Below are positions 53,001-64,000 of a stretch of DNA of 64,000 nt, in pieces (position 1 is the stretch's first letter; the number at the start of each line of letters is the position of its first letter). The stretch is from the NCBI GenBank assembly GCA_050084515.1, contig CM114271.1:44826001-44890000 (forward strand). Reading direction: 5' to 3'. The notes beneath the pieces were generated by a model. It was not told the origin of the DNA. It made no database searches and saw nothing but the letters and a program-made list of their open reading frames with translations. This DNA is from Blasia pusilla. Lineage: Eukaryota. The position numbers and the translations under genes are program-made.

Positions 53001-53558
53001 CCGGAGATGTCGGATGAGGTTGGCGACAAGTCTGTTGTGTCAAGATTATGGAAACAAGTCTGTTGTTTATGGCGATTTTCCTATTTTGGTTTTAGGCTGT
53101 CAGGTGATCCGTTGACCGAGTCAACGGTCACCCGCTAACCTGTGCACGCAGGTTACCGTTATGAGGGCTATTTTTGGGGGAAGATCCTTTTGGCTCTTCC
53201 TAAGGTATGAGAATGAGAGAGATGGCTTTCTCAAGCCATCTTTATCATGTTGAGCCTTAGGAGCGTCTCTATTGCATAGACGTGTGTGGATGTGATTGAG
53301 TTAGGGTGCTAGCGTCCGGATTTCCTCATAGCTGAGGGTGGATGTGGTTCGATATGCCAATGTAGATTCATGAGTGTAGTTTTAGGCTGAGTGAGCCATT
53401 TTTACTACTCTTGATTTTGTTGTGGGATCCCAGTGTCTACGTGTGAGTATGTTTCATTTATGTGTGGATCTACCCATATGTTGGGGAAGATTGGTGTTGT
53501 GTGGTGTATAGATGTGACCAACAATGTGGGTTGTGTAGCGATGTGTATGCGCACCACA
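50073..53558 (+). mobile_element. Family-2 split-repeat element (A1', inserts, MTase remnant, B1', A2', B2')
   Basis: A1' 50073-50490 matches A2' 52918-53350. B1' ~52776-52915 matches B2' ~53419-53558. Junction CACGATA-AT-TGTCACA. ATAT on both flanks (50069-50072, 53559-53562). Confidence 0.88.
50491..51554 (-). mobile_element. Ty3/Gypsy 5' fragment (LTR 51089-51554, TGG-starting PBS, gag) nested in the family-2 element
   Basis: ORFs 50828-51049 and 50600-50818 (LGRFDGMNITKY, SWEEYEQLLKGEF) are gag-like. LTR homologous to 8521-8973. Confidence 0.65.
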
Positions 53559-53994
53559 ATATCCTTTAACCACCAATTTTCTTTATACCTTTTAATGCTC
53601 CCATTGCTTCCAATGTAGAGATGTTAGGATTCATAGCTAGATGGATCTTAGATATATATGTACATGACAGCCGATGTATGTTGGCAGTGATGTGTATTCG
53701 CACAACATAGATTTCAAATTTTGTACATGTCTTATGTGATTAGGTACAGGTTGACCCAATGCGCTTTAATCAAAATTTTCTTCTTTGCACATAGATTAGT
53801 TCAAAAATGCGTACATCTACTCCCGGGATGCCCTCTCGTGAAGAACCGGTTCTCGGGAAGTCCACAAGCATCAAAACTGACGACCGGGATGAATGTCGAG
53901 TACGAGTGAGTTGCCACAGTATAAACTTCCACTATGAATTGATGCCTTTTACTTGTGGTGCCATATATTGACCAATGACATCAAGTGTAAGCAA

Positions 53995-56190
53995 ACCCTA
54001 GTCGTGTTCCAAAACTGCTAGTCGTGTTCAAAAACTGGTTCTCACCACTTTGGCAACCAACCTTCCAAGACAACTCATCTCAAGTCTTCGTTCGCGTTTG
54101 GTCTAGATTTCCTCTTCGTGACTACTAACGTATGAAACACACTACTGTGTTCCACGTTTCAATCTCTTGGACTTTTCCAAGAGACCTTCCAAAAGCCTCT
54201 CCAAAGCACGGTCATCTCAGCATGAGTCCACTTGAGTTTTGATGGTCCGCTTGGCGCCTATTTTGTGTTCGTTTGGTTATGAGGGTCGCGACACTCACCC
54301 CTCCTTAGAAGGTTGATGTCCTCATCAATGCAAAAATTTTTAATGTTAAGTTATAGGAAGCCGACCCCTTAACACTGAATCACGTTCAAGTAGCTAATCC
54401 GCAATTCCACTTTTGGCTTAAGTCTTAGGCACTTGGATTTATTAGCTTCTCTACTTCAATTAGCCTAGACCAGTTTTGCAGAACTAATCTTAACTATCAA
54501 AATAAGCTAACTAAGTGTGCAATCTAGCATTTCACTCACTATTTGTAAACAATCACATGTTTACCTAACCAACTCGTACTACTTTTGGGTCACTCTCATT
54601 CTACTTAGGCGCGTCACTAAGTTCACTCATGCAACATGAATGAGATCACCATAAACCCCAAGACATACTAATCTGCCCCGTTGACATTAGGGTGGGTCCA
54701 AATGTCAGTATTTCAACATCCTGATCTAGATGTCTTACCCAAATACAATATCTCACCTCAAATACTCATTGTTTGGCCTCCTTAACTTACATCCTAAGCA
54801 TATGAAGAACTACTCATTGCCATGCACTACCAAACTCAAAATCACAATCACTAGCATCAAATCTCCAAATCCATGCATTCTTTATTGCAACAACTAATTT
54901 TTTTTAGTTACAACAGGTTATCGGCCAAAGCTTCCCGATCACAAGTTATGTCCTTTGCTTCACCATGTACTAACATATGTGCCTATCTTGCATCCATTTG
55001 AAGTCTTGCAATGCCTCTTGCGCGTGTTTAAGATTTGCCTCCTCAATCCAAGTCGCTTCTTTCACATGGTAGCCTTTCCACTTGACCAAGTACTCGTACT
55101 TGGCGGCTCTACGTCTGGAATGCATAATGGTCTCCACCTCGAACTCTGGTTCATCAATTTTGATGACTGGATGTGGTCTCAACAAAATCCTTTGTTCCAG
55201 ACGCACGTTGTCTTGAAGACACTTCTTCAATTATGACACATGGAAAGTCGGGTGAATCTTGAACTCGTTTGGCAACTCCAATGTGTACAAATCCTCAAAC
55301 GACTTTGCCTTCATCACATACGGTCCAACATAATTGGTTGACAATTTCGTAGACAATTCCTTTGAAAGAGTGAGATTCTTTACATTCAACCCCACTTGTT
55401 CCCTGATTTGGAAACTCAATTGGCACCAACTTTTGTTAGCATGCTTCACGTACCTTAGTTGAGCCTTGGCAAGACTTCTTCTCGCTCGTTCTTGTCATTC
55501 CTACATTTCCACTAACAAATATTCCACTATTGCTTGACGAGTGTGTGCTGATTTAGCGCCCCTCGAAAGGGCCAAGTCAAGAGGCCCTTATGGTTCTCTT
55601 AGATACGCCAGAAGAAACGAAGATTCTTGGGTTACAGAATGCTTGGTGGAGTTGTAACAATGCTCAGCCACTTTTCCCAATCTCTTTGGTCCGCGCTCAC
55701 GTAATTCCTTAAATACTAGTTCACGACCGATTTTACTTTTCCGTTTGCCCATCCGTTTGAGGATGGAAGGCCGTACTAAAGCTGAGTTTGGTCCTAAACC
55801 TCATGAATAGATGTTTCCAAAAGGCACTGGTAAACTTTGGATCTCCGTTGGACATGATGCTACTAATCAATCCATGAGCTCGCCACCAACCATCCAAGAA
55901 CAGTCGGGAAGTTGTGTAGGCCGTCGCAAAATCTCTCATCGGCACAAACCTCCCCAACTTGCTAAACCGATCAACTATCACAAGTAAAGCGTTGTATCCC
56001 TCAGATTTCCGAAAACTCGTGATGAAATCCATGCTAATGCTTGACAAGGGTCCCTCTGAGATCGGCAAAGGACGAAGTAAGCCTAGCTTGCTTCTTCGCA
56101 TAAGAAACTTTACTCGCTTGACAAATCACGCAGGTCTTCACATATTGAGCAACATCATCTTGCATGTTGGGCCAGAAGAACCTTTTGGCA
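53995..56190 (-). mobile_element. Chromovirus 3' fragment: integrase, GPY/F, chromodomain, PPT, partial 3' LTR
   Basis: ISMDFIT, VDRFSK, FHPQTDGQTE, YVGPY, IHPTFHVS. Chromodomain EFEVETIMHSR...YEYLVKWKGY...ATWIEEANL. PPT AAGGAGGGGTGAG abuts TGTCGCGACC at 54293. Confidence 0.9.
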
Positions 56191-56482
56191 AAAAAAATCT
56201 CTCAAATGTATATACTTCTAGAAAAGGAAGTTCAATAAACTCGGAGTACATGGAAAATTTTGAACTCCAACTGGATAATTGAGATGAAATCTTGCCTTGA
56301 TTTAATTTTCTCTATCAGGCTAAATCAAGATTTCCTCAAGAAATTATTACACTTTCCAAAATTTGATTTCTTGTAGTAGTGATCAATTGTTACGTTCAGG
56401 AATGATCCAAATTTGATTCAAAGTTTTTACTCATTGCTCTCTTGTGTTGTAACATGTGTGCAAAATCTTGCTCTAATGCTAT

Positions 56483-56742
56483 GTTGGAAATACACTGATA
56501 ATGCAATCATAGAAACAAGGTGACAAGCGAGAGAGATATATTTTAGGACAAAAAATGAGTGAGCCACAAACACCATCACTCCTCATTAGTGATAAGCTAT
56601 GTACAGTCCTACTCGATCATAGATATGGGAATATACTATAGATGCCTTTAAATCCAATCCTCATGATTCTACGTATACGATAACAAATAATATGGACTTT
56701 TTGTTGTCTTTATTCCTAACACCACAAGGATAAACTTCTAAT
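56483..56742. mobile_element. Solo copy of the Copia LTR
   Basis: Colinear with 47591-47853. Confidence 0.6.
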
Positions 56743-59700
56743 AAACTCTAGAGAGGAGTCTTCAAGATTTGGAGGCAATTGAAACTTAGGTTCCAATTCT
56801 ATTTTTCCTATAGATCCATCTTAGGTGTGTTGAGGTTGTCTCTCTGATATGGTGTAGAATGAAGACTTGGAGAGTGGGAAATTGGAACTCAAGTTCTAAT
56901 TGTATCCCTCTTTCATACGAGATGAAAGGCTTGCTTCACAAATTGGGGGCAGTTGGAACTTAAGTTGATTCCACCCTTCCTTCTTGAGAGTATTTTTCCA
57001 ACTTATCTTGTAAAGGTTTTAAATTTTGAGAATGCCAAGCCCACTAGGGATATCCTCAAGAGAGATCTTCTGCCCAAGGTGTTCTTAAGAGTTAAGGAAG
57101 TTAATTCTTAAGGGAGATATGCCACTAACACACTCATGAAGAATTGATGTCATAATAAGAAGGATAATGCAATTTACTTACTTTTCAATGGTGATTCTGA
57201 TGTTGAAGGAGATTAATTTGTTATTTGAAAGTGAGATCTTTATGGTGGATATTATTATAGTCTGTCATGGATTTTAAGGATTGCAACTACAATGTTTAAA
57301 TCACTTAAAGATTTTTGGAGTGATCCTGAGAAGTTAATATTGTGGGGCTAGTTGAGAGTGAATAGACGTAAGGGCGAGTAGCCCATGATTCTTTTCAGTT
57401 AGACATGGGCATATCTTAGAGTGGAAAGTGCTTTGCTATAGATCTTGTGTATGGGAAGTGAGCTAGATAGGTATTGCAAAGTTTACCATAAGATACGTAG
57501 AGAGTATTAGGGAATCTGTTGGTGTTAGGAGTGGTGGAGAATTCACGAGGAGTGGAGCTAGGTATTAAGTGTTTGTACACAAGGAATCACCTTAGTTATG
57601 ATCCGTGTCTTGATCAGAGGGAATGTTAGTAGATTTTGAATTACTCAATATACCATAGAGAGTCACCGCACCATAACAGGACAGAGATGACTATGATACA
57701 TATGGGTCCACAAGGAGAACCCGATGGTTCTCCGACATGGTGGGGATAATTGACTTGGATAATTTCATGGAGGAGTTTGATAGTTAGTGCAACTCACATA
57801 GGATACTTAACCAACCAAGATCCAACCCTGTCATAACATTGAAGGGATTGAATTAGCATTTAGAGGTCCCTCCCAATTATGACTCTTATGAGTTTCAAAT
57901 TCTCCACAAGAAGGAAATCAAGGTATGAAGATTATTTTGGTAACCATGACATATGTCCTTTATTGGACATGATGCCTGCTGTGGCGACTATGGTTATAGC
58001 TAGAGTGACAACTACTATCTGTACTCATGATCATGAGACATTGAGAGGAGTTATTGACGTGAGTGTTATGCCCGTGCAAGTGCCACATGCATTCAACCCT
58101 TTGGTTGAAATTTGTTGAGAATTGAGGAGGAACAACTAAGGAATGAGGACCAATAAGTGGAAGTTGATTTATTAGTTTCAATAGATAGCAGGTATCGTGC
58201 GCATACATAGCACTATATAATTTATATCATTGTCATTAACCAAACATATAAAACATAAGATTGACATTTAACCATGAAATCCAAGCATAGAGGCGAGGAG
58301 CTACCAAAATACTTCCAATAAAATATAATTTTGTCTTATAAATAAAATTTTCTCCTTCATTGGGATATACCCTCTCCATCTCTTCCTTCCCCAAGCCCTC
58401 TCCTTCGTAATCTATCCACAAAAGTTACCTTCTAAAATCTAACCTACGATAATGGATGAAGGATCACTTTATCCAAGTGAGAAGTAAAAAATAATAGAAA
58501 TAGGGGTCTTACTAAAAATGGCAAGTTCCTCAAAATGACTCAAAATGAGCCCAAAACATGGGATAATTTGCACACTTATGTCATATTTTACCATCGTTCT
58601 CAATATCCTAGATCTACCAAGACCAATATGTGACCTCCCTAGTTGTCCAAGTGGTTAATCTCCACTCCAAAAGAAAATATGTGCCATATCCCATCCATTG
58701 TAAAAAATGAGGATGGTGTGTTTAGAGAGTACAGATGATTGTAGAAAATTACTAAAGAAGCATAACTGATGGGATATGACTCTCACACTCATACACCACC
58801 GTAGAGAATGAAATCTTGCAATATGAGAATGAATGGAGGTTGGTCCCCTTCTCAATTTTATAGGGTATGTACAAGAAATCCTAACCCTAATCCTAACCAT
58901 AGTCTTGAGTTAGACTAAATTGTGATCAACTAATCCTAGTTAAGATAATCGTGCTTAACTGACCAACCAAGATTAAGCTTTCCTACTTTGCACGAGTTCC
59001 AAAGGTAGCAATTCGAATGTCTGATGAGCTTAATTATAACTCAATCTTCAATCTTTCTAATTGTGTGCTTACCCTATGATGTTGATGGTAGTGGATACTC
59101 ATATAAGGACATCATAATGCCCCATTGATCATAAGGGATGAATATAGTGTGTTCAGAGTGGACAAACGATCCCACTTTGGAGATAATGGGAAGAGCGATG
59201 ATACATTAATGTTTCCCTCTGATGTTTCTCTCTCTAGAGTGATGAGCTTGAATCAATATTATTTACTACAATGCATTCTCTTCTACATATTTTAGTAAAA
59301 CAATCTAAAAATGGGTCATATGGATGTATCTTCAAGATCAAAAGTAAATCATTTATATATTTTATGATGTATAAGCTTTCTCTTGCTTTATTGTAGATTT
59401 TGTGCATGTTTTCCTTGACTCATCTTCAACAATCTTCATTTGGTAAACCAAACTATTATGCTTATTTTGAAGAATTATTCATTTTGCAACCATTTTTGTT
59501 TCAACAACCACAAAATCTCAAATTCCTTCCTTCCTCCATCTACTGGTCATCCTAAAAGCCTCCCTTCTTTGGAAAAGAAAAAAAACCACTGGTCCCTTCC
59601 AAAGTAATCTTTTTTTTTAAGGAAGTCATCCACTATCCATTTCTACTAAGAAAGATCTTTCCATTCTTTGGAAGAACTAATAAAGATGCTTGTATGGTAT

Positions 59701-60830
59701 ATAGGCAAAAAAATCATTCTCTTTGTGGATCGTGTCACAAATTGCTCATATCATGAGAATGGATGTCGCTACAAACTTAGCTACCAATCCTACATTACAA
59801 AGTTTAGATATAAATAAGATTGGAGTCCCATTTATGAACCATATAAAAAATGGTTAATACCATGAGATCAAATGTCACCATGATCGTATACGATAACTTG
59901 TGGGTTCGAATTCTCGAAGTAGTCTCACAGTTTGAAAGTAGTATCAAATTTTTTCCTTCTCCACTCATCAAGTAAGGGATTGGTTGCATTATTTTCTTTT
60001 TCGCTAAATAATCCGTGTTTGTTATAGAAATAAAAATGATTAACTCAACTATTAAGGAAAGGTGAAAAGGATGAACATTCATATCTATCTATCTATATTA
60101 TTATGGGCTACCCCATATGCATAATATGACACGAAAAGACAATTAATAATACTAGTACACTACATCTTGCTCACTAATCTTTTCCCACCCTAGTCATGTC
60201 AATAGCACAATTTTTGGGAGAGCATTTAATTACAAGTGTGGAGGTTGCAAAGTGCAAATTATCATGGAGAATTTTCAATTTTAAGATAGAAAATTTTCAA
60301 AGATTGGATGGATATGAATAGACTTTCAATTTCTCCATCGCGTTAGTGTCGAAGCTCTCATTAATATAAAAATAATTGTCACTCCACGCGGAGTTCGTCT
60401 CCGGATCGTATCTCCAAACATACGGCGTAGAAAACTCTAAACAAGGCATACTAGTTTCAAATAATGGGGTTTTAGTTTAGGGAGGAATGAGGTAAAGTAA
60501 CGTCTTCCGCTAATACGCATGGACTCTTTGTTGATCGTCAATGTTAGTAAGCCACTCCCCCCACGACTGTTTGCCCTTCAATAAGGAAGCTCTTCTATAC
60601 TTCCATCATGAATCCCGCCACTTAGTAGAAGCCGATGAACGACGGCGAAAGCTCTCGTTGAGAATGCGAGTTTGCTCGCGCATGTGTCTGGTGCGGAGGG
60701 GGAAAGGGATTGGCTGTAGGTCACGGAGTGGGGAAGCAGAGCTCGACGCGATGAAGGGGACCGGGATTTCTCGCCGCGTTGCAGGACGCCGATGCTGCCC
60801 TCGTTGCCCTGGTTCCCGGCCGCTTTTGTG

Positions 60831-60900
60831 GTATGTTTCGGATCGTGGAGATGGAAAAAAAAAACGATAAGGGCGTTGTTTGCAATGTTTGAATTCGCAG
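60831..60900 (+). other. Probable 70-nt 5'-UTR intron of the host gene
   Basis: G|GTATGT donor and TTCGCAG| acceptor, 43 nt upstream of the ATG. Confidence 0.5.
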
Positions 60901-60943
60901 GAAGTGAAGCAGGGGAGGGAACCAGTAGGAATTTGGCAGGAGG

Positions 60944-63245
60944 ATGAGTGGAGAAGAGAGGATGGAGGAGGACGATGATGACGTTGATTTTAATCCCTAC
61001 CTTCAGCGTTCACCCTCGCTGGACGGGGTGTCGGTCGAAAGTTCGGAAGGTGAGGGGGAGATAGAAGTGGAGGAGGACGATGGTGATGAGGGCATTGAGG
61101 AAGATCAATTTGAGAGGGAGAATTTTCAGAATTCGGGGAAAGACGTGATCGAGGAGGGGCACTTCGACGAGAATTGTTTTTTGGAGCTTGCAAGCGATGA
61201 TGGCGAGGAGGAAGATTACGAAGATGAGGACCACGAGGAGAGCATGCGAAATGCGGGTGAGAACAGCGAGCTTGAAATCCATCCGAGAAAGAATGGTAGC
61301 AGGGGCGGAGAGGGGAGGCATTTTGTTTCCGACGTCAAGCTCCCTGAAGGTGTCGCAAAGACCTGTGGAGACGGGGATGGCACGGCTCGTGATGAACATT
61401 CTGCTGGCCAGAGTGCGCTTCTAAACGCCGAAAACGGTAATTGCTATCCTCGAAACATGGATTCGAGCAGGATTGCACATTGTTCTCAAGATGGTGCAGA
61501 CACACGAACGCCGAGTGGGTCCGCGGAAAATTTACCAGGGGACAGAGACTGGGGGGTTTGCAGACAGGCTAATGAGATACTGAGAGGCAATAACAGCGAT
61601 GATTTCGGAGAGGGCCCGATTGATGCGATTTCCAAGCGTACAAGGGCTCATTACTCCTTGGCCGATATGTCCCTTGACCAACTGGAGATGTTCTTGCAAG
61701 AATCCGACGAGGAAGAGTACTTTCAAAATGTTGACGACGAGGAAGAGTACAGGAAATTTCTTTTGGCCGTGCAGGAAAAAGAATATGACAGAGGTGAGAA
61801 ATGCCAGCAACAGGGAAGGAATGAAGATGAAGATGACGAGGAGGAGGATGCCGATTTTGAGCTTGAAATCGAAGAGGCGTTGGAAAGTGACTACGACGAT
61901 GGTTCCGAGTTTCTTCGGAAGAGAAAGAGAAGACCAGACACAAGGGAAAAAAGGAGGCAGAGAGTAAGGATCCAGAGCAAATCACCCCATCTAAGTCAGT
62001 CCAAGGCCCCACTCCGGCCCTTACTGCCTCACATGAGCAATATGACATACGGCGTTCCAATATTAGAAAAGAATACAGTAACAGAGCGAGCAGACAGCAT
62101 TTGGCCAGCTCATGCGAAGAAGAAAGTATCAGTTAATGGCTTCACAGCTCACCAAATTGGTCAGTTATATTGCTTGATACACGAGCATGTACAGCTCCTC
62201 GTTCAGGTTTTCTCCATGTGCATCTTAGAACCAGCTCGCCAGCAGCAAGCAATCGATACCCATCGCATGCTCATGGAGATGGTTGAGAAGCGCGATTTGC
62301 TGCTTTCTTGGAAGAAAACTGCATTCCCCGATTTTTGTTTCCGGCCTCCTTACACTCATCCTTCCTTCACCGAGATAGAAGAGAGCAATCAAATGGGTCC
62401 CAGCAACGTGTCTGGATCCAGTTCAGCAAGGCCTGGCGAAAATACCAATGGGATTTCAAATGTACAACTCGGAAACTTGCCACATGGGTCAGTAGGTGAC
62501 TTTATGATGTGGAATTCGGGTTCCTCATCCACTTCTTTTCAAAATTTGCCACTTACGTCCTTGGGCCCCTCTGTAAAGCTAAACGCTGTGACTGAACCAC
62601 CCTTGGGTTTGGCTCCTCAATCCTGCTCATTTCCAGTAACAATGGAGCCGGGGACTAGTGCTGTTGATCATTCTGCTATGCTGGCAAATTTCTCCCAGCA
62701 ATCACCAAGAGTACCTCACTCCTGGCACCCAACTATCTCTCCATTCAATACCCACGAAGCTCCTCAAACGAGGCAAATAGTAGAGATTGCAGGTCCTGTA
62801 CATAGTTGGGCTATGCCAAGAGCTTCTAGTAACGTACCCTTGACAAGGTCTAAAGATGCTACTGCTTCTTCAATCCCTCTTGGATCTGCTCACGAGGAAA
62901 CATCTCTTCAGGTTCCTGGGAATTCAGGCTTGAATGGGAAGCAAACCAATTCTTCGATTGAATCATCAGAGTCGGTCTCATTACAAGTATGTGCATATTA
63001 TCGGGAAGGTTCACTGAAGGACACTGCAAGAATAAAAGCTCTTCATCCAACAACTACATTTATGTCAAGCTTGTGTTCTTCGGCATCTTTATCTTCAAAG
63101 AATGCACAGATGTTTAGACATCCTGCAGGAGAACCCTGTGGGAACATCTCAGAATGGGCACCTGCAACGTCAGGACCTGTAAGGTCATTGCTGGACGTGG
63201 CTCCACTTGCTCTAGTGAGGGATTTTTTGAACGATATGTCACGTG
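60944..63245 (+). CDS. DUO3: DUO POLLEN 3 / GON-4-like nuclear regulator, first coding exon
   Basis: Intact acidic ORF with DVDFNP, DAISKRTRAHYSLADMSLDQLEMFLQESDEE..FQNVDDEEEYRKFL, LRPLLP, NGFTAHQIGQLYCLIHEHVQLLVQ and GPVRSLLDVAPL blocks, which I recognise from DUO3/GON4L. Probable donor G|GTACGT at 63245/63246. Confidence 0.85.
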
Positions 63246-64000
63246 GTACGTCTCAATCCTCACTATCTCCACTTTGTATGGAGAATGATTCCTTAAGATT
63301 TTATCATCTTCTAATTTCTTCTTCAGTAAAATACCCCTCATAATACATCCAGGCTCCATGAGTCGTGATTCCACACCTGTATTAGTATCACCCCAACAAA
63401 AGGCAAAGTGAAGATTTGATGTTTGAAAGCTGTTTGGGAAAAAACTGGAGTAGTCCTCGGGGGGCCCTCAAATTTCGATGGACAGGAAAATTTGAAGAGG
63501 GATTTGAAGTAGTGAATTAATTTGACAATACAGTGAAAATTGTAGATGGACTGCCCCGTCAGTTCACTTTAGTTGCTTGAAACATGAGAGCCATTCTTAC
63601 AACACGCAGTATGATGACACGCTGAGAGTGAGAAGGGAAAAATTCTGACTCTGCTCAAGGCTTTATGTAAAGCTCTCAAGGTAGGAGAAAAACCAAAAAT
63701 TTGATGATTTCTCTGCTCTGTGGCACAAGATGCCCTTTTTCCTCAGCTTGAACAAAGCACTCTACTTGATCTTGGTCTCTACTTCCATTTTTGAACGCTC
63801 GAGTCCTCTCAGATCAGAGTCACCCTATTTATAATATGGTTGGCGAGATGCTTCCATGTTTGTGTCCTAATTCTTTTCCATAATGTCCTTTCTTGTGATG
63901 ATGGACACCTTAGAATTGCAGTTAATGTTTCAGGATTTATAACAATAGCATAGAGGCCATTATAGTTGTTGATCCAAGAGGGTTTTAAACAGAAGCGGGG

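Noticed and set aside
60541-60870. 109-aa ORF upstream of the host gene
   Set aside because: No recognisable motif. It overlaps the probable 5' UTR and its intron.

Overview
Repeat-dense land-plant genomic DNA (Arabidopsis-type telomere motif, DUO3/GON4L-like gene; a bryophyte or other seed-free plant is my guess). About 60 kb is nested, mostly decayed transposons (Ty3/Gypsy including a chromovirus, Ty1/Copia, CACTA), followed by the first coding exon of one host gene (from 60944). The main result is a near-complete 10-kb retroelement at 33680-43706. Its polyprotein reads gag, protease, a DNMT3-like C5-cytosine methyltransferase, RT, RNase H, a DDE integrase and a PHD finger. It is not bounded by two LTRs. 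It has split direct repeats (A1-internal-B1-A2-B2), TG...CA termini, a 4-bp target-site duplication and an internal CA-NN-TG junction that abuts the right end to the left end. The B1-A2-B2 layout recurs in an older copy (9190-12966) and in a second family with different repeat sequences (50073-53558). Solo-AB and deleted derivatives of both families also occur. I know split direct repeats only from tyrosine-recombinase retroelements (Ngaro/PAT), so a DDE-integrase element with them suggests an undescribed circle-junction mode of retrotransposition combined with a chromatin writer and reader. All alignments were done by eye, and the boundaries of decayed elements are approximate.
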